Shown here: positions 8,624-18,622 of the stretch, one piece after another
How the letters are laid out: each line of letters begins with the position of its first letter
Numbering within the stretch: position 1 is the stretch's first letter
From: an uncultured bacterium
GTDB taxonomy: Bacteria; Desulfobacterota_D; UBA1144; Nemesobacterales; UBA2774
Direction of reading: 5' to 3'
Length of the DNA: 64,000 nt
Assembly (NCBI GenBank): GCA_963825135.1
Contig: CAWGRW010000009.1
Coordinates: 321,008-385,007 of the forward strand
The notes under the pieces: model-generated
What the model saw: only the letters and a program-made list of their open reading frames with translations
The model's database searches: none
Told to the model about the DNA's origin: nothing
Program-made: the position numbers and the translations under genes

Positions 8624-9781
8624 TCAAGAATCCCCGCCGCGCTCGAAGAACGTGTAGAGCAGGAACCCCGTGAATACGAGGCATCCTGCCGTAAAGTACA
8701 TCCCCTCGTACCCGTAGTCGCGGGCGATTATCCCGAACGGGAAAGCCAGGAAGTTTATGCCCATGCTGTAGCTGGCGTTAAACGCGCCTATCGCCTTCCC
8801 CCTCTCGTCCTCCCCCGCCTTGTCTATCATCAGCGCGCTCAGCGTGGGATAGAGCGAGCCGTAGCCGAAGCTGAATATGAAAGAGATGAGGACGGCCGTG
8901 AGCGCGGAGTCGGCGAAGTACATCGACGCGAGAGACACGGAGACTATCAGCAGCGCGGGGGAAGCGACCGCCTTCCTGCCCCACGTGTCCGACAGCCGCC
9001 CCCCGAATATCCTTATCGCCGTCACGGTTATCGTATAGGTGAGAAAGAAGTAATAGGCCTGGAGGCCCTTCGAGCGGAAAAAGATCGCTATAAAATTGAG
9101 CACCGCGCCGAGCCCTCCGGCCAGTACGAGGTTCGAGAGAAGGACGAGGGCATACTTTCTGGACGCGATCAGGCGGAAGAATCCGAAGCCGTAAGGGTCT
9201 CTCGAAGGAACGAAATTGCCGTCCTTCATGAAGACCGCGAGCACCAAGGATATGAGGCTGAAGAACGACGAGTAGAGAAAGAAGTTGTGGAAGCCCGCAA
9301 GCCCTATGATGAACTCCCCGAGCGAAGGGCCCACCGCGTAAGCGGCGATCGTGAACGCGCTGAATATGCCCAGGCCCTGCGCCCTCCGGACGGACGGGAC
9401 GTAATCGGCGACGAACGTGCCCGCGGCAGTGAACGAGAACGCGAACGATACGCCCTGGACGAGCCGTATGATATAAATATACGGAGACAGCTCCGAGATG
9501 AAGATGTACGAGAGCGACGCTATGAACATGAGCGCGTAGCCTATGAGCATGAACCTCCGCCTCCCGTATTTATCCACGAGGAACGTAACGAACGGTATCG
9601 CTCCCAGGGACGTAACGCCGAAAATTCCCATGATGTAGCCTACGTGGGCGTCGTCCCCGCCGAGGCTCTTTATGTACAGGGGAAGGAGAAAAAAGGACGA
9701 GAAGTTGCAGTAGAAGAAGAAATTTGACGCCGTCGCCAATGCGAAATTCCTGAATTCGGGCTTCGAGTAACCGGATATCAT
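8624..9781 (-). CDS. MFS transporter
   Basis: 385 aa, 12 predicted TM helices, MFS loop motif (DKYGRRRFMLIG). Confidence 0.8.
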   Translation of the reverse strand: MISGYSKPEFRNFALATASNFFFYCNFSSFFLLPLYIKSLGGDDAHVGYIMGIFGVTSLGAIPFVTFLVDKYGRRRFMLIGYALMFIASLSYIFISELSPYIYIIRLVQGVSFAFSFTAAGTFVADYVPSVRRAQGLGIFSAFTIAAYAVGPSLGEFIIGLAGFHNFFLYSSFFSLISLVLAVFMKDGNFVPSRDPYGFGFFRLIASRKYALVLLSNLVLAGGLGAVLNFIAIFFRSKGLQAYYFFLTYTITVTAIRIFGGRLSDTWGRKAVASPALLIVSVSLASMYFADSALTAVLISFIFSFGYGSLYPTLSALMIDKAGEDERGKAIGAFNASYSMGINFLAFPFGIIARDYGYEGMYFTAGCLVFTGFLLYTFFERGGDS

Positions 9782-9913
9782 GTCGGCGTCTTGAAAACGC
9801 GGCTTAAACCGCTTAGATTTGATATGTAAATATTAAAGGATCGAGGGATGATATCATACACTCTGTCTTTGACAATGTATAATGTCGTGATATAGTTTAG
9901 CGCTTCAAAAATC

Positions 9914-9987
9914 GAGCCGTTAGCTCAGCTTGGTAGAGCAACTGACTTTTAATCAGTGGGTCACAGGTTCGAATCCTGTACGGCTCA
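9914..9987 (+). tRNA. tRNA-Lys (anticodon TTT)
   Basis: 74-nt cloverleaf folded by hand: acceptor GAGCCGT/ACGGCTC, D-arm GCTC..GAGC, anticodon arm ACTGA-CTTTTAA-TCAGT, T-arm ACAGG-TTCGAAT-CCTGT; CCA not encoded. Confidence 0.9.
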
Positions 9988-9998
9988 TACTCGTTTAC

Positions 9999-10073
9999 GT
10001 CCCCGTCGTCTAGCTCGGCCCAGGACATCGGCCTTTCACGCCGGTAACAGGGGTTCAAATCCCCTCGGGGACG
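9999..10073 (+). tRNA. tRNA-Glu (anticodon TTC)
   Basis: Near-identical to canonical bacterial tRNA-Glu (GTCCCCGTCGTCTAGC..GGCCTTTCACGCCGG..GGGGTTCAAATCCCCTCGGGGACG); acceptor GTCCCCG/CGGGGAC; 11 nt after tRNA-Lys. Confidence 0.9.
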
Positions 10074-10300
10074 CATCGCTTTCCCGAAGTACAGTAACAG
10101 AGTTGCCACTATCCAACAGCGACCGACTGCTCACTTGCTCGCAGTCGTTGGGGACGCATTTATTTCCCGGAGTACAGCAAAAATTCTGCCTTTGTTCAAA
10201 GGCGTCCAATTCCTCGCTCGCTCGGAATTGTTGGGGACGCATATATTTCCCGGAGTAAATTTACTTCACTGCACTTTTTCAAGGGCGTCCGGTCCCTGAG
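10074..10300 (+). repeat. Tandem array (2 full units + 1 truncated, ~84 nt each) abutting tRNA-Glu; each unit ends with a copy of the tRNA 3-prime end TTGGGGACGCA and carries a 7-bp hairpin with conserved 10-nt loop
   Basis: GGGGACGCA recurs at 10066-10074 (tRNA), 10150-10158, 10233-10241; hairpins cgactgc-tcacttgctc-gcagtcg (10124-10147) and caattcc-tcgctcgctc-ggaattg (10207-10230); same family as array at 47324-48233. Confidence 0.8.
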
Positions 10301-10364
10301 TTTTTATTAATTCCTTCCCCCTTGAGGGGGGAAGGGTAGGATGGAGGTGATAAACCCTCCACTT

Positions 10365-10919
10365 TCACCTCACGAGCTTCGAGATCTGCTTGAACTCGTC
10401 CGTCCCCGCGCGCTCGAGCAGCTGGAACAGGAACGCCTCCGTAGTGCCGATGACGGCCCCCGCTTTATCCATGAGCTCCATCCCCTTCTCCCAGTCAAGC
10501 TCCCTTCTCGATACGACCGCGTCCGCGGGCACATAGACGTGATACCCCTCGTTCACGAGGTCGATAGCCGTCTGGAGGACACACACGTGGGTCTCGACGC
10601 CGCAGAGAAGCACGGAGCTTCTGTTAAGACCCTTCAGCTCGTCCATGAACTCGGGCGACCTCGCGCAGCTGAATACGAGCTTCTCTACGGGACGGAACCC
10701 CTCCCCCGCGGATTCCCTTATATCGCCTATCGTGGGCCCGAGTCCCTTCGGGTACTGCTCCGTCACATGCACGGGTATATCCAGTATCTTCGCCGCTTCG
10801 AGTAGGATCTTCACGTTCTTCACCGCGAGCCCGCTCTCCGTCCCGGGCATTGCCGACATCAGCTTCTCCTGCATGTCCACTACGACGATAGACGTGTCTT
10901 CTTTCTTTAGAAAGTCCAT
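10365..10919 (-). CDS. Isochorismatase-family cysteine hydrolase
   Basis: 184 aa; VVVDMQ..., catalytic Cys in CGVETHVCVLQTAIDL, conserved D/K. Confidence 0.75.
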   Translation of the reverse strand: MDFLKKEDTSIVVVDMQEKLMSAMPGTESGLAVKNVKILLEAAKILDIPVHVTEQYPKGLGPTIGDIRESAGEGFRPVEKLVFSCARSPEFMDELKGLNRSSVLLCGVETHVCVLQTAIDLVNEGYHVYVPADAVVSRRELDWEKGMELMDKAGAVIGTTEAFLFQLLERAGTDEFKQISKLVR

Positions 10920-11177
10920 AAACCGTCTCCTTTCACGGGTGTGTTATGAATAATCCATCTTACAACGGATGGATAAATTTATAAAGCTCGGTTTTGAGTA
11001 TAGTGGTGAGTTCGGGATATAATCGGGTTCGCCCCCCCCGTCACGGCGCAGGCTCGTGGCTCCCTTTGCGGAAGGCGTCTATGAGCCCGCGGACCCGCTC
11101 GATTACGGGTTCCGGCGGCCTCCGGCGTATGCGACGGCCGCCGTTCGACTTCGTAAACATGAGCGCGGGCCTATGCC

Positions 11178-12813
11178 TCACTCGCCCACATTAAACGGCG
11201 CCGGCTCGAGCACGGCGACGCAGGAGGTGTCCGGCGCGCCCGGATCGGACAGGAAGGAAGCGAACACTTCCTGTGCGCAGCTGTTCGACTGGATCACGGC
11301 GTGTCCGACCCCGGGGAAGGCCAGCACTATGGAGTTCGTGAGCGGCAAGGCCCCTTTCTGACCCGTGCTCGGCGGTGTCACGGTGTCGAAGGTGCCCGAT
11401 AAGACCAGGGTCGGGATATCGCTCCCGGTGGCGGTGCGAAGGGCCTTGGGCGTCTTGGGGATATCCCAGATTCTGCAGTCGTCAAGCGCGTAGGTGAAGT
11501 GCAGGGCAGGCGCGAGCACCGAGTCCGGATAGTCCGGAAAGGCCAGCCGCCCCCGGTTGAGCACGCTGGCTTTATTGTCTTCGGCCACATATCCGCTGCA
11601 AAGCATACCGAAGGTCATGCCATAGGCGAGTACGTTGGGAGGGGCAAACGCGGGTACGGCGCGTGTCCTGGCTATGTTCTCCGGCTGTCCGTTGTCGAGC
11701 TCGTCGATCCACGCGGGCACATTCGGGAAGCTCTGAGTATTGAAGGTGTTGTCTATTATCCCGTTCACGATAGCTCCGCCGTCGAGCACGACGTCCACCG
11801 GCGGATCACCCGGTGAGACCTGCACGCTCGCAGTGACCGGATCCGCCTCGAGCTCGTTTACGAGGCGGGTGAGCGTCCCGGCAAGATCGGGATATCCGGC
11901 GGCGCACGCGGGCTGTGCCTCGCATGCGGCAAAAAAGTTGTCGAAGCCCTCTCTGGCGTTGCGCGAAGCCGTGGAGGCCATCGTCGGCGTCATCGAGCGG
12001 CTCTACGGAATCGAGCGTCACTGTGCGGATGCCTTCAGGATGCTGATACATGAGCGTCTGCGCGAGGTAGGTGCCGTACGAGACCCCGAGCACGTTCCAT
12101 TCAGCGATACCGAGCGCCTTTCTCAGGTCGGCGAAATCGGCGGCGTTTTCGACCGTGTTGTATGCGCTTATATCTATCCCGCTCCCGGACAGGCGGAGAA
12201 AGCATGCCCGTGACGCGGCGATGTGCGCATCCCGGTTGTCCTGAGAGTCCAACGGGAAGTTGAGACTTTCTATATAGAATTCATCCAGCTCCTGGCACAT
12301 CAGCTCGGGGTCGGCGAACACCGTCCCGCGCTGGCTCATGAGGATGAGATCGCGGTCCTGGTTCACGCCGGCTGCCGTGAGAGACTCAAGTTCAATGAGC
12401 GAGCTGCCGCCGGGACCGCCGGCCAGGTGCACGACAGGGTCTGGAAGAGGCGGCTGATTCACCGAGGGCACGATAATGACTGCAAGGCGGATGGTGCGTA
12501 CGCCTGACTCGGCGCGGTTCTCGGCCGCGAGCGGCTCGGTGCGCTTCTCGGGCACGAACAGATAGCCGCACCGCGACACAGCGAGATCTTGCGGCGTTGG
12601 CAGCCCCTTCTCTGAAAACGGGGCCACCTCCGAGCACGGCGCACCCACGAACCTCGGCAGATTCTCGTTGTTATTGTTGTCGTTGCAGCTTGCCGCGCCG
12701 GCGAGCAGGAGTGTAGTGATAATCACGGCAGCCGGCTTTATCCTGAACTCCGTTACATTACGTCTGTGCAAAGTCTTCTCCTCACTTGTTTGTTCTATCC
12801 GCACACATATCAC
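11178..12813 (-). CDS. Secreted S33-family alpha/beta-hydrolase peptidase (tripeptidyl aminopeptidase-like), apparently split by a frameshift near 11990-12030
   Basis: ORFs 11806..12813 (lipoprotein-like signal LLLAGAASC, nucleophile elbow GVSYGTYLA) and 11178..11993 (C-terminal half with conserved Cys pair) are collinear; each ORF tail/head is wrong-frame junk; likely start TTG at 12771. Confidence 0.65.
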
Positions 12814-13454
12814 TGCCTGTTCTTACTCACGATGGGGAAAAGTCTCCAGGCTGGTTTCCGGCAGGTATGAATCCGGGAACTTGATTCTACTATTTAAACG
12901 CGAGAATATACTAAAACGCTTGTAAATACAAATGATTGTTACATTAATAAATATAAGCTGTATTTCGGCGAAAGAACGGAGGGAATCGTTTATGAGCGCA
13001 GGTTCCTGACCCCCATCAAAGAAGGAGTATAGGGCTGGCGGTGGCGGGTAGGGGTGAAGAAAACGACACCCACCCCTTCAAAATTTGAACCCCCCTGGTC
13101 AAATAATGATCCCCCGGGGGTTCAAAATATGAACCCTAAGGAATACACAGTTAAAGGAAACACAGAGAAGGAATACACAGTAAAAAAGAGGCACGCAAAA
13201 AGAAAAAACGCGTGCTTGAAGAAGCTCACGCTACTTCGTCTCTCCGATCGACGCAGCTCTTAAGAGAGAGACACCAACCGCTCTCCGGGCTTTGAACCGC
13301 AGGATAGCTTTAAGGAGGCGGCCCCGGCAGCCGTCAGAAGCATGCCCTCGAAGAAACTATTGAGCTTAAAGAGATGAGTGGTTACAATAATCGAGCTAAC
13401 TCGAAGAGCCGACGTGAACGCTTTATCGTTCGGGACCGTATATGATGGAATTAA

Positions 13455-15191
13455 ATGGATCTACAAGAAAAACCTCGCTCAACTTCGGCTAGAAGCCGCT
13501 TACATTCCTTTTACTCAAATGAGCACGCGTTTTTTATTCTCGTAGGAATCATTATTGGAATTCTTGCCGGGGTCGCGAACTTCGCTTATGTGGAATCTTA
13601 CAGGTTCCTGTATTCCAAGGCCGTTCTACCCTACTGGGGTTCCCCTTTCGTCATAATGCCGCTTCTCTGCGGGGGACTTATCTTGCTTATTCTTTCTTAT
13701 ATCTTCCCCAATCAGGTTCTGGGATACGGCTTTCCGAAGTTTCTGGAACGAATAAATTTGATGGGCGGCATACTAAAACCTAAAGAAACGATCGCAAAAG
13801 CGCTCGGCTCCTGCGTAACGCTCGGGTTCGGGGGATCGGCAGGACAGGAAGGACCGATCGCACAATTATGCGGAGCAATCGGCAGCTTCATGGGACAGAT
13901 CTTTAAAATATCGAGGGGAAAAATACCCGTGTTTGTGGCCTGCGGAATAGCAGCAGGCATCGCGGCGACTTTTAACGCCCCGATTGCCGGCGTTCTTTTT
14001 GCCGAGGAGGTCGCGCTTCTCAAGGATTTCAGGGTCGGGAGCTTCCTCCCCATAGTTATTTCAGCGGCTGTCGGAACGGTTGTATCCCGTTCTTTGAGAG
14101 GAAACGAGCCTATATTCGTAGTGCCGCCTTATCAATTCGTTAGCGTCAAGGAACTTTTTTTCTATGCGCTGTTCGGCATTGTTCTCGGATTTTTCTCAGC
14201 CGGATTTATCAAACTCTTTTTCCTGGTTAGGGACGCTTTCTCTAAATTAAAGCGCCCTTCCCGGCTGCATCCCGTTCTTGGAGGGTTTATAGTTGGCGTT
14301 ATCGGAATATTCTTCCCCTATATATTGGGGAACGGCTACGATCAGGTTGACAAGGTTCTGCAAAATCAGCTTCCGCTCTTAGTTGTTGTCGGATTGATTT
14401 TTCTAAAGCCCGTCGCAACCTCTATAACCATCGGCTCCGGATGGCCCGGAGGCATGTTTGCTCCGTCTATTTTTATCGGCGCCGCGATGGGAAGCGTATT
14501 CGGAAAACTCGTCGGCACGCTCTTGTCGAGTCCCGTAGCGCTAAGCGGAGCTTACGCTACGGTCGGGATGGGCACTTTTCTCGCGGCGGTTACCCAGGCT
14601 CCCCTCACATCCATATTCCTGATATTTGAAATGACGCAAAGCTATCAGGTCGTAATCCCGATTATGATAAGCTCGGTTCTTGGAAGCCTGACGGCACAGC
14701 TTCTTATTGGAGGCTCGCTCGAGAGTCTTGAGCTGAACAAGGCGGGAGTGCACATCGAGGAAGAGGTCGGCGGGCGAATCATACATTTAATTCAGGCTAA
14801 AGACATAATGAAACGCGACATCGAGACGATCCCCGAGGGGATGACCCTCCGTGAGCTGATTGAATATATTCCCCAAAGCAGCTACACGACGTTTCCTGTC
14901 GTGGACATAGCGGGCAATCTTGTGGGCATAATATCCATACAGGATTTTAGAAAGTGGATATTCGAGGAATCGATTAAGGATTTGGTTGTAGTAAAAGAGC
15001 TGGCCACCTTGAACGTGGTGACGGTAAACCCGGACGACACGCTCTATACCATTTTGAAGAAATGGGAGAAGAAACCGGTAGAAATCCTGCCGGTAATTGA
15101 ATCGAAAAATTCAAAAAAGATCGTGGGAACGCTTTCAAGAAAAGACGTGATTGCAGCTTATAACGAAGCACTTTCCAATAAAACCATATGA
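13455..15191 (+). CDS. ClC-family voltage-gated chloride channel / H+-Cl- antiporter with C-terminal CBS pair
   Basis: 578 aa; ClC motifs GSAGQEGP and GGMFAPS, ~10 TM helices, two CBS domains in last 140 aa. Confidence 0.85.
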   Translation: MDLQEKPRSTSARSRLHSFYSNEHAFFILVGIIIGILAGVANFAYVESYRFLYSKAVLPYWGSPFVIMPLLCGGLILLILSYIFPNQVLGYGFPKFLERINLMGGILKPKETIAKALGSCVTLGFGGSAGQEGPIAQLCGAIGSFMGQIFKISRGKIPVFVACGIAAGIAATFNAPIAGVLFAEEVALLKDFRVGSFLPIVISAAVGTVVSRSLRGNEPIFVVPPYQFVSVKELFFYALFGIVLGFFSAGFIKLFFLVRDAFSKLKRPSRLHPVLGGFIVGVIGIFFPYILGNGYDQVDKVLQNQLPLLVVVGLIFLKPVATSITIGSGWPGGMFAPSIFIGAAMGSVFGKLVGTLLSSPVALSGAYATVGMGTFLAAVTQAPLTSIFLIFEMTQSYQVVIPIMISSVLGSLTAQLLIGGSLESLELNKAGVHIEEEVGGRIIHLIQAKDIMKRDIETIPEGMTLRELIEYIPQSSYTTFPVVDIAGNLVGIISIQDFRKWIFEESIKDLVVVKELATLNVVTVNPDDTLYTILKKWEKKPVEILPVIESKNSKKIVGTLSRKDVIAAYNEALSNKTI

Positions 15192-15300
15192 CGTCCGCTC
15201 GATCCTCCGATGAGTCGTAGACAGGCGCATTGCAAAGGGACGAACGGGTAGTTTCCGCCTCGTTGTTGGCAAGGGCAGCGGCGGAATGCAGTGACCCGCC

Positions 15301-16854
15301 TCACGCCTTATGCTTCGCGAACTCCTGCTCGAACCTGCTCTGGAGCTCCTTCGCCTTCACGTCGTACGCGGCCGGGTCTGCCCAGGTCTTCTTAGGTTCA
15401 AGCAGCTTGTCGTCCACCCCTGTACAGGACGCGGGGACCTTGAGACCGAACACGGGCACTTCCTTAAACGACCCCTTGTCGAGCTCTCCGCTCACCGCCG
15501 CTGTAACGAGCGCCCTCGTCTGGGGAAGGGGCATCCTCTTTCCGACCCCGTACGGCCCCCCGGTTATCCCCGTGTTGAGGAGCCACACCGAAGCCCCGCT
15601 CTCTTCCAATTTCTTTTTCAGCATCTCCGCGTAATACAGCGGCGGCCTCGGCAAAAACGGCGCGCCGAAGCAGGAGCTGAACGTCGCCTGGGGCTCCGTC
15701 ACTCCCCTCTCCGTCCCGGCCACCTTGGCCGTGTAGCCGAGGGTGAAGAAATACTGAGCCTGCTCCGGGGTGAGCCTCGATATCGGGGGCAGCACCCCGA
15801 ACGCGTCGTAGGTGAGCATGAATATGGTCTTCGGTATCCCGCCCGCGCCCGCGGGCACGATATTTTTAAGCGAATCTATCTGGTAAGCGCTCCTCGTATT
15901 CTCCGTGAACTTCTCGCTGTCGAAATCAACACCGCGTGTGTCGGTTTCTATCTCCACGTTCTCTAGCACCGTTCCGAATTTGAGAGAGGCTTCGTATATC
16001 TCGGGCTCGGTCGCGGGGTTGAGCTTTATCACCTTGGCGTAGCACCCGCCCTCGAAATTAAATACCCCCTGGTCGAACCATCCGTGCTCGTCGTCCCCTA
16101 TGAGGGCGCGCACCGGGTCGGCCGAGAGCGTCGTCTTCCCCGTGCCCGAGAGGCCGAAGAAGAGCGCTACGTCCCCGTCCCTGCCGACGTTGGCCGAGCA
16201 GTGCATCGGGAATACGCCTTCCCTCGGCAGTAGGAAATTGAGCACGGTGAATACGGATTTCTTCATCTCCCCCGCGTAACGCGTCCCGCCTATTATTGCG
16301 ACTCTCTTATCGAAGTTGAGCACGATGAACGTCCCTGACCTCGTGCCGTCCGACTCGGGGTCGGCCTCGACGCCCGGAGCCGATATAACGGTGAACTCGA
16401 CCGACTTGTGGGGGAGGTCCCCCCGGTCGGGCCTGATAAAAAGGTTATTGACGAATATATTGTGCCACGCGTACTCGTTAATCACGCGGACCCTCATGCG
16501 GTACTCCGGGTGCGAGCAAACGTAGAGGTCCCTTACGAAGATGTCTTTCCCTTCCAGGTGTGCCGTGACCTTCCTGTAGAGCGAATCGAAATTGGCGGGG
16601 GATATGGGTTTGTTTACGGGACCCCAAAGTATGTCTTGCTCGGTCCCCGGCTCCTTTACAATGAACCTGTCCTGGGGCGAGCGCCCGGTATGCGGAGCAG
16701 TGTACGCGACGAGGGTCCCGCCCTGGGCGATCTCGCCTTCCCCCCTCCTGACAGCCTCTTCATAGAGTGCGGGTACAGGCACGTTATAGTAGACTTTTCC
16801 GGGATTTTTAATCCCGTGCCGGTCGAGAAGCTCCTTTTCAGTGATCTGCTGCAC
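15301..16854 (-). CDS. pckA: Phosphoenolpyruvate carboxykinase (ATP)
   Basis: 517 aa; PckA kinase-1a P-loop FFGLSGTGKTTLS, conserved N-terminal region (GIKNPGKVYYN), full-length collinear with PckA. Confidence 0.95.
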   Translation of the reverse strand: MQQITEKELLDRHGIKNPGKVYYNVPVPALYEEAVRRGEGEIAQGGTLVAYTAPHTGRSPQDRFIVKEPGTEQDILWGPVNKPISPANFDSLYRKVTAHLEGKDIFVRDLYVCSHPEYRMRVRVINEYAWHNIFVNNLFIRPDRGDLPHKSVEFTVISAPGVEADPESDGTRSGTFIVLNFDKRVAIIGGTRYAGEMKKSVFTVLNFLLPREGVFPMHCSANVGRDGDVALFFGLSGTGKTTLSADPVRALIGDDEHGWFDQGVFNFEGGCYAKVIKLNPATEPEIYEASLKFGTVLENVEIETDTRGVDFDSEKFTENTRSAYQIDSLKNIVPAGAGGIPKTIFMLTYDAFGVLPPISRLTPEQAQYFFTLGYTAKVAGTERGVTEPQATFSSCFGAPFLPRPPLYYAEMLKKKLEESGASVWLLNTGITGGPYGVGKRMPLPQTRALVTAAVSGELDKGSFKEVPVFGLKVPASCTGVDDKLLEPKKTWADPAAYDVKAKELQSRFEQEFAKHKA

Positions 16855-17195
16855 CTGTTCACACCTCCGTCGAATTCGTACTCGATTGTCAGCGGAAAAG
16901 GTAAGAACTCTATATCAACAAGGCGCGGATTTCAAGGACGGGACGAGCGATATAGCGACTCCTCCGAATTAGCCGGGGGACAGTCTCCGCCGCCCCGGGC
17001 GGAGGGAGACTTTTGCCGTCTGAAACGCCCCGGCACAGGGGGCTGCCGAAGCAGGTTTTACGCCGCGAAAGTCCTCCCGAACCCAGTTTTTTCGGCCCCG
17101 AAGCGCCCCCCGTCCATTTGACCGGAGGGTAAATTTATGATAGAGTTCATCCATCAGCGCCGCCTATCGCGCAAGGGGTCACTAACATAAATACG

Positions 17196-17684
17196 TTTAA
17201 AGTTGGAACCAAGGCTGTTTACCCGGCTCACGGAGTTGTTCTGGTCAAGTCGGTGGAATCGAAGGAAATTTGCGGCACGATCAGAAATTTTTACATCCTC
17301 CAGGTGGTTGACAGCGATGTCACCGTCATGGTCCCCACCGATAACGCCGACGTTGTGGGCTTGAGGCCCGTGATAACGAAAAGGCAAATTGACCAGATAT
17401 ACGACATACTTAAGACCAAAATCAAGAACTCGAACCACCAGAACGGCGGCCAGAGCTGGAACAAAAGGTACCGCGAATACTCCGACAAGCTAAAGAGCGG
17501 CGACATCTTCGAAGTCGCGAACGTGCTCAGGGACATCAACCACCTCCAGAGGGGTAAAGACCTCTCGTTCGGCGAGAAGAGGATAATGGACTCCGCGCGC
17601 ACGCTCCTCATCAAGGAAATATCGATAGCCAAGAACCTTACCGAAGAGTCGGTTATCAAAGAGATAGAAGGCCTGCTCGGCTGA
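17196..17684 (+). CDS. CarD/CdnL-family RNA polymerase-binding transcription factor
   Basis: Conserved N-terminal RNAP-interaction motif FKVGTKAVYPAHGVVLV...EFYIL lies in-frame upstream of the first ATG (17253) with no canonical start codon before it; C-terminal helical domain. Confidence 0.7.
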   Translation, partial: FKVGTKAVYPAHGVVLVKSVESKEICGTIRNFYILQVVDSDVTVMVPTDNADVVGLRPVITKRQIDQIYDILKTKIKNSNHQNGGQSWNKRYREYSDKLKSGDIFEVANVLRDINHLQRGKDLSFGEKRIMDSARTLLIKEISIAKNLTEESVIKEIEGLLG

Positions 17685-17738
17685 AACTGGTGAATCTTCA
17701 CCGACCCTCGGTTATACTCTCCCGATTACCCCTAGATC

Positions 17739-18611
17739 ATGGCAAACGGCATACTCGACATAGAGACCGCTTCGCGTCTCAGGCGCTTTTATTTCAGGAG
17801 CCCGTCCCGGGTAAGGGGCCGCAAGGCCGGGATTCACAAGAGCCTCTGGAAAGGCATCAGCCCGGACTTCCTCGAATACAAGGAATACAACCGGGGGGAC
17901 GAGCTGAGACAGGTGGACTGGCGCCTTTACGGCCGCCACGACAGGCTCTACGTCAAAAAATTCGAGGACGAGGTCAACCTCGCCTGGTGCATACTCGTCG
18001 ACAGCTCGTCTTCCATGGGCTACGGCGACGGGGACTCCTCCAAGCTGCGCTACGCACAGAGGCTCGCGGCCACGCTCGCGTACCTCCTGCTCAGACAAGG
18101 GGACTCAGTCGGGGCGGGCGCTTTCTCGGAGACGGAATTCAGCATGATCCCGCCAAAGGCCGGGAACTCCTGCATTGCGCCGATACTGGACAGGCTCGAA
18201 TCCCTGACGGCGTCAGGCGGCACGGCGCTCTCGTCGCCCGTCCTCAGGGCGCTCGAAATATTCAGGCAGGACGCCTCGTTCGTAATAATCTCCGACCTCC
18301 TGACCGAAGAAAGCGAAATCGAGAAGACGCTCCAGCTCCTCAAAGCGGCCGGCAAGGAAGCCGTCGTATTCCACGTGCTCCACGAGGACGAGCTCGAATT
18401 CGGGTTCAGGGGCCCCCTCGAATTCATCGACATGGAATCGGAACAAAGGGTCGTTGTGGATACGGACGCGGTAAGGGACGGCTACAGGAAGAGGATAAGG
18501 GAGTTCACCGTGAGGCTCAAGCTCCTCTGCCACGAATACGAGTCGAGATACGTCCTCTCACCGACATCGAGACCCGTCGATGAAGCCCTTATCGAAATCG
18601 CTGATAAATAG
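17739..18611 (+). CDS. DUF58-domain protein (MoxR-associated, vWA-like fold)
   Basis: 290 aa; DUF58 signature EYKEYNRGDELRQVDWRLYGRHDRLYVKKFEDE. Confidence 0.75.
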   Translation: MANGILDIETASRLRRFYFRSPSRVRGRKAGIHKSLWKGISPDFLEYKEYNRGDELRQVDWRLYGRHDRLYVKKFEDEVNLAWCILVDSSSSMGYGDGDSSKLRYAQRLAATLAYLLLRQGDSVGAGAFSETEFSMIPPKAGNSCIAPILDRLESLTASGGTALSSPVLRALEIFRQDASFVIISDLLTEESEIEKTLQLLKAAGKEAVVFHVLHEDELEFGFRGPLEFIDMESEQRVVVDTDAVRDGYRKRIREFTVRLKLLCHEYESRYVLSPTSRPVDEALIEIADK

Positions 18612-18622
18612 AGAGAGAAGCA

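Noticed and set aside
10313-10335. GC hairpin ccttccccc-ttga-gggggaagg as intrinsic terminator of the isochorismatase gene
   Set aside because: On the minus strand the hairpin is followed by an A-rich rather than U-rich tract, and on the plus strand the T-run precedes rather than follows the stem. Kept only as the 3-prime boundary of repeat locus 1.
13054-13263. 69-aa Lys-rich ORF in the AT-rich intergenic region
   Set aside because: Overlaps the palindromes and direct repeats, low-complexity composition, no RBS; more likely non-coding regulatory DNA.
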